Below are positions 60,310 to 64,000 of a stretch of DNA of 64,000 nt, piece by piece. Source of the stretch: Balanoglossus misakiensis (taxonomy: Eukaryota > Animalia > Hemichordata). The translations under genes and the position numbers were made by a program. Each line of letters opens with the position of its first letter. The first letter of the stretch is position 1. The stretch covers positions 5,944,699 to 6,008,698 of the forward strand of contig CM082581.2 in the NCBI GenBank assembly GCA_040954595.2, written 5' to 3'. Below the pieces are notes generated by a model. That model saw only the letters and a program-made list of their open reading frames with translations, did not search any database and was not told the DNA's origin.

Positions 60310-60982
60310 TCCAACAAATACATTTGTTGGTTGTTGCTATCTCCAACGACCAAAATCTGGCGGTCATTGGTCAATCTTTGCTGACGACAGTTAAAACCCC
60401 GACGCCTGTGCTGCGATTCTGGCTATGTAATATTGCATATTAGGGGGTTTAAATGAAACATGTAACAACAAAATATTGATTTGTTCCATAGACACCAATA
60501 TGCAATTTTTACAACATAGCGACGGGAATGATGACCTCCACTGTCAGTTCTTTTCACGTTATCATCACGTGATCATTGTAAAAGTGTTATGTTTTGTTTT
60601 GTTTTGTTTTTTTTGTTTTGTTTTCAAGTTGTTTTGTTTTGTTTGATTCGTGTGTTTTTTATATTTGTTATCGGTCTTCCGTAGCAATATCAATTATTAT
60701 CACATTCGTATCAGTCATTCTCAACACGTCAGTGGTTTGTTTAGATGCAAAGAGATAAGCACACGAAAGTTTCTTATTTAATGAAAATAAAAAAAAAAAA
60801 TTGGCTGTTTCTGGCAAAAATGTTCGTTGCGATTGATTTTTATAATCCAACCGAGGTTTTGGTGATGGCATTATAGATTAACATTTCTGCTTAAGAAATC
60901 AATCATTTTCCATCACTTTGGATTTTTCCTGTCTGACATAAAACCTTTATGTTGCAATCAATATGTTTAGATTTCTTTTTTG

Positions 60983-63900
60983 TTACTCTCCGTCAACATG
61001 GGGGATTGAAAGGAATTCGAACGTCGGTGTGCCATTCGGACCAATGTTTGGATCCCCATCTGGGTGGATTGGAGTCTTGACCAACTGGCGACCGAGCAGT
61101 TCGATTTTGGCCATCATCGACATGCACGTTTTCATCTCCCTGGGATTTTCGTTAAACGCCCGGTGAATGCAGCGCAGGAGATTGGAGTATTCGGTATTGA
61201 AACGGTAAGATAAAAGTCTCGCTTTCGACTCTTTGGGATAGCTGTGTCTCTGTGGGTCATCAATTATGGGCCATATCCCACCAACGTGAAATGGAATCTT
61301 CTCTCCAGTGAAATGATAAGGTACTTTGCACCTCTCGTGTACGTACATCTGGTTGCATGGTTCGTCATTAGTCCCGCAGGCCTTAATAGTATATCTATCA
61401 GCATAGTCAACAGCACAAGCGTCGATGGCGGTTCTTGCTTCGTACGCCTTCAGCGCCGAATACTTGTCTAGTACGAGTCTGTTGCCCATAACAACCTCAA
61501 GAAATTTGAAGTAGTGAGAGAGATTACCGTCAGAATCAAATGGCTGTGTCGGAGAACTTCCCTCTCCCTCCTCTGTTATTACTTGAATAGCCCTTCTTGC
61601 GTCTTCTATACTCTGAACGGGAAATGGTCTCTTCACTGTGTGGCTATACCAATCATCTTCAGTAATCTGCGTGCTTTTGCTTCCGCATCTGAACAGGTTT
61701 TTGTCTTTGTTTGCATGGAACCAGAGCGATTTCCATATTTTCTTATAGTAAAACTCCCCAATTGTGTTATAGTGATGCTTCAAGTGCGGTTCAGAACTCG
61801 ATTCGTGTTCTGTGCTGTAAAGAATACTCTGACGTAGCTGAATAGGAAGTGTGTCATCTGGTTCCTCTATTTTCATGAAGACATCCTCTATCAGACCTTT
61901 GCCGAGTCTTTGGAGTGACACAGTCAATCCTGGGTGAACTCCACCCGGTAATTTTGACGGATACTTAGGTACCACCCTTACATCGTCCAGTACTGGATGA
62001 CCACATATACTCCTCAGGATGTTCGCCACCAAGGTCATATGGAGCATTTCTTCCATCGCAATACTGCGTAAAATGTTCGAAATCTCTATATTGTGTCCCC
62101 TTTTGATTGAAAACCATGCAGTCAGATATGGAGGAATAGTAGCGAGCTCGATTTCCAGTGCTGTTTGTAGATGATCTTTAAGCTCCTGTAGACTTAATAT
62201 CGGGATATCACCGAGCTGTGGGTCATCAAGCCATCGCAGAATCGATTGTTGCTTTTGTTTGGACAGGTCTCTGGTAAAAGGCATAAATGCTGGATCCGTA
62301 TCCGGCAGGGACATTGTCAACTTCACCATTTCCTTCTTACGCAGAATATCTTCATAAGAAGCCATGTTGACGACTTTGTTCATACTAGGAAACATGTTTG
62401 CATACATTTTGAATATTGGATAAATGTCCTGATACCAAGTCGGTCCACCATCTGAAAGATGAAAGTCGTCGTACATGAGGATAGCTATTGGCTGGTTAGA
62501 AGTGAACGGTTCTTTCACATGGACTTGGATGTCAAAGAGATACAGCTGTCCATCAATTATTTTTCTTGGGTTTCCAGGGCTTTGTCCCGTGAAGTCTAAC
62601 CAGGTAACGCCATTATTATCCGTTATCTGATACTGGGAATGCTGGACAGCGCTTGTAGACTCTCCGGTTTTTTTTTCGACTGGTCTAGACATTTTCATTT
62701 CCAGTGAAACGTTGTGTAAAGGTCTTCCAAATGCGGTCAAGAATGTTTGCACTTGCCAGACATCTCCAGGATTTTGTCTGAATATTCTTTCGCCTAAAAC
62801 ACCAACTGCAACCCCGTCAACTCTCTCTGCAAGTACGACGCGCAAACAGGCCTGTGTGTTTCTATCCAACTGTCGGATCATCAATGGTCGATGACGGATA
62901 TCACTGAGCTGCTGTTGGGTGAGATCAGAATCTTCGGGAATGCTGATGACTCCTCCTGTGGTCTCATACCAGTTTGGACGTGTATAATTAATTTGATCTA
63001 GGACTTCGACATGTGTGTCACAACTTAAAGACTGGGTCGCCTGAGCAGAAGGAAATGCAACCTCCAAGATTTGATTGAGATGCAAATCTGGGGATCCTGA
63101 AAGGTTATGCATGAGGGTGTTTCCAAGGTCAATCAATATCTTACCACGGTCCGGAAAGACTCTAAAATTCGCCATTCCAAAGTCCTCGGTATCTAACTGC
63201 CCAAGCTGTCGATGGCGAAGTCCATGCAATGGCAGAGCAGAACCGGCAATACCTATGCTTCCAACAATTCTACCAGTGAGAAAATGTGTCGATGTAACAT
63301 CGGAATTATAAGAATCCAAGTTAAATTTTATGGACAGCACATTCTGATTGCCGCTGGCATAGCTGTGTTCCTTTAACTCTTCCAAAATGCGCGAATGCTC
63401 CAGTTTATTTTGCCAGTCCACGTCGACCAGCAAGGAAAAGAATTCGACGCCGAGGGCGCCATCACGTTCAGCATGAGGCATTTTATGAAATGCATTCTCC
63501 ATGGCTGTTTCAAGTAGATTGGCTGTGAACGCACCTGGTAAATGTAGAGTCATTCCAAAAATGGCTGAAACTTTCTTGTACTCGGGATCCAAGTCCGCCA
63601 TCTTTGCTTGAGAACGTTTAACATTACCTGAAGGAAGCAATATTAAAACATGTTATCTTCGACTCTGTTTGCTAAATGTATTTTACATGCCTGATCGTAA
63701 AATATCCATGTTGCGATTCACCTCCACGCTTTCTATTGTGATAGAACTTCTCCAGTTTAGTCAGGAACATTTGAAATGCAAATTTGTCGGAATGGTTACC
63801 ACACACTTACTCAAGATATGTGTTCCGATCAGGGAATCCTCGATCGAATGAGTGACGCATTCGCCTCGTCTGTAGCAGACGCTAGTCACTTTACACTTCA

Positions 63901-64000
63901 ACAGCTGGAAGGATCCCGAGCCGTCGGGGTTGTATCCTAAAATATCTGGTCTCTGCCGCAGCCGTTCATCGAAGGTCGTGATGTCGTAGTTCTCCACCTT
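60983..64000 (-). CDS. VioB/RebD/StaD-like (iminophenyl/indole-pyruvate dimer synthase-like) protein with C-terminal ferritin-like domain; 5' end outside window; exons >64000-63811 and 63627-60983
   Basis: The 885-codon ORF plus the upstream ORF 63761-63997 are joined by a 183-nt GT-AG intron (63810-63628, phase 1), giving ...GYNPDGSGSFQLLKCKVTSV...DSLIGTHILS|NVKRSQAKMADLDPEYKKVSAIFG... Motifs: PTWYQDIYPIFKMYANMFPSM...DPAFMPFTRDLS (cf. VioB YYMPSTRELS) and ferritin-like LQTALEIELATIPPYLTAWFSIK, IAMEEMLHMTLVANIL, TIGEFY, AIQVITEEGEG, SHYFKF. Family assignment is from recalled motifs, not a search. Confidence 0.85.
63628..63810 (-). other. Spliceosomal GT-AG intron in the VioB-like gene
   Basis: Minus strand: donor TTGA|GTAAGTGT and acceptor tgttttaatattgcttccttcag|GTAATG. 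Splicing restores a continuous frame across two segments that both resemble the bacterial N-terminus. Confidence 0.85.

Noticed and set aside
63628-63640. TTG start of the 885-aa ORF at 63640
   Set aside because: It lies in the polypyrimidine tract of an intron. The coding sequence continues in the upstream exon 63811->64000.
60983-64000. Bacterial contaminant contig as explanation of the VioB-like gene
   Set aside because: Disfavoured because the gene has a GT-AG intron, moderate AT-rich composition and no operon neighbours, and abuts a multi-exon gene. Read-level confirmation is still needed.

Overview
AT-rich animal (invertebrate) genomic DNA with spliceosomal genes. It is probably a marine invertebrate such as a deuterostome, but the species cannot be determined from sequence alone. 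From left to right: (1) ~15 kb of non-coding, MITE-rich DNA; (2) a 33-exon phospholipase C epsilon (PLCE1-like) gene on the + strand (~15167-36094, ~2170 aa; RasGEF-PH-EF-X-Y-C2-RA1-RA2) that contains a U12-type AT-AC intron; (3) a ~9 kb satellite array of ~102 copies of an 88-bp dyad-symmetric monomer that ends in (TATG)n; (4) a 7-exon orphan single-pass type I membrane protein gene (50751-60309, ~262 aa) that the ORF track does not show; (5) a convergent minus-strand gene that runs off the window end and encodes a >=944-aa bacterial-type VioB/RebD/StaD-like protein with a C-terminal ferritin-like domain. This last gene carries a GT-AG intron and is the best candidate for a novel system: a domesticated, horizontally acquired, possibly indole-coupling enzyme in an animal. 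Exon boundaries were read by eye and checked for reading-frame phase. No database searches were run.
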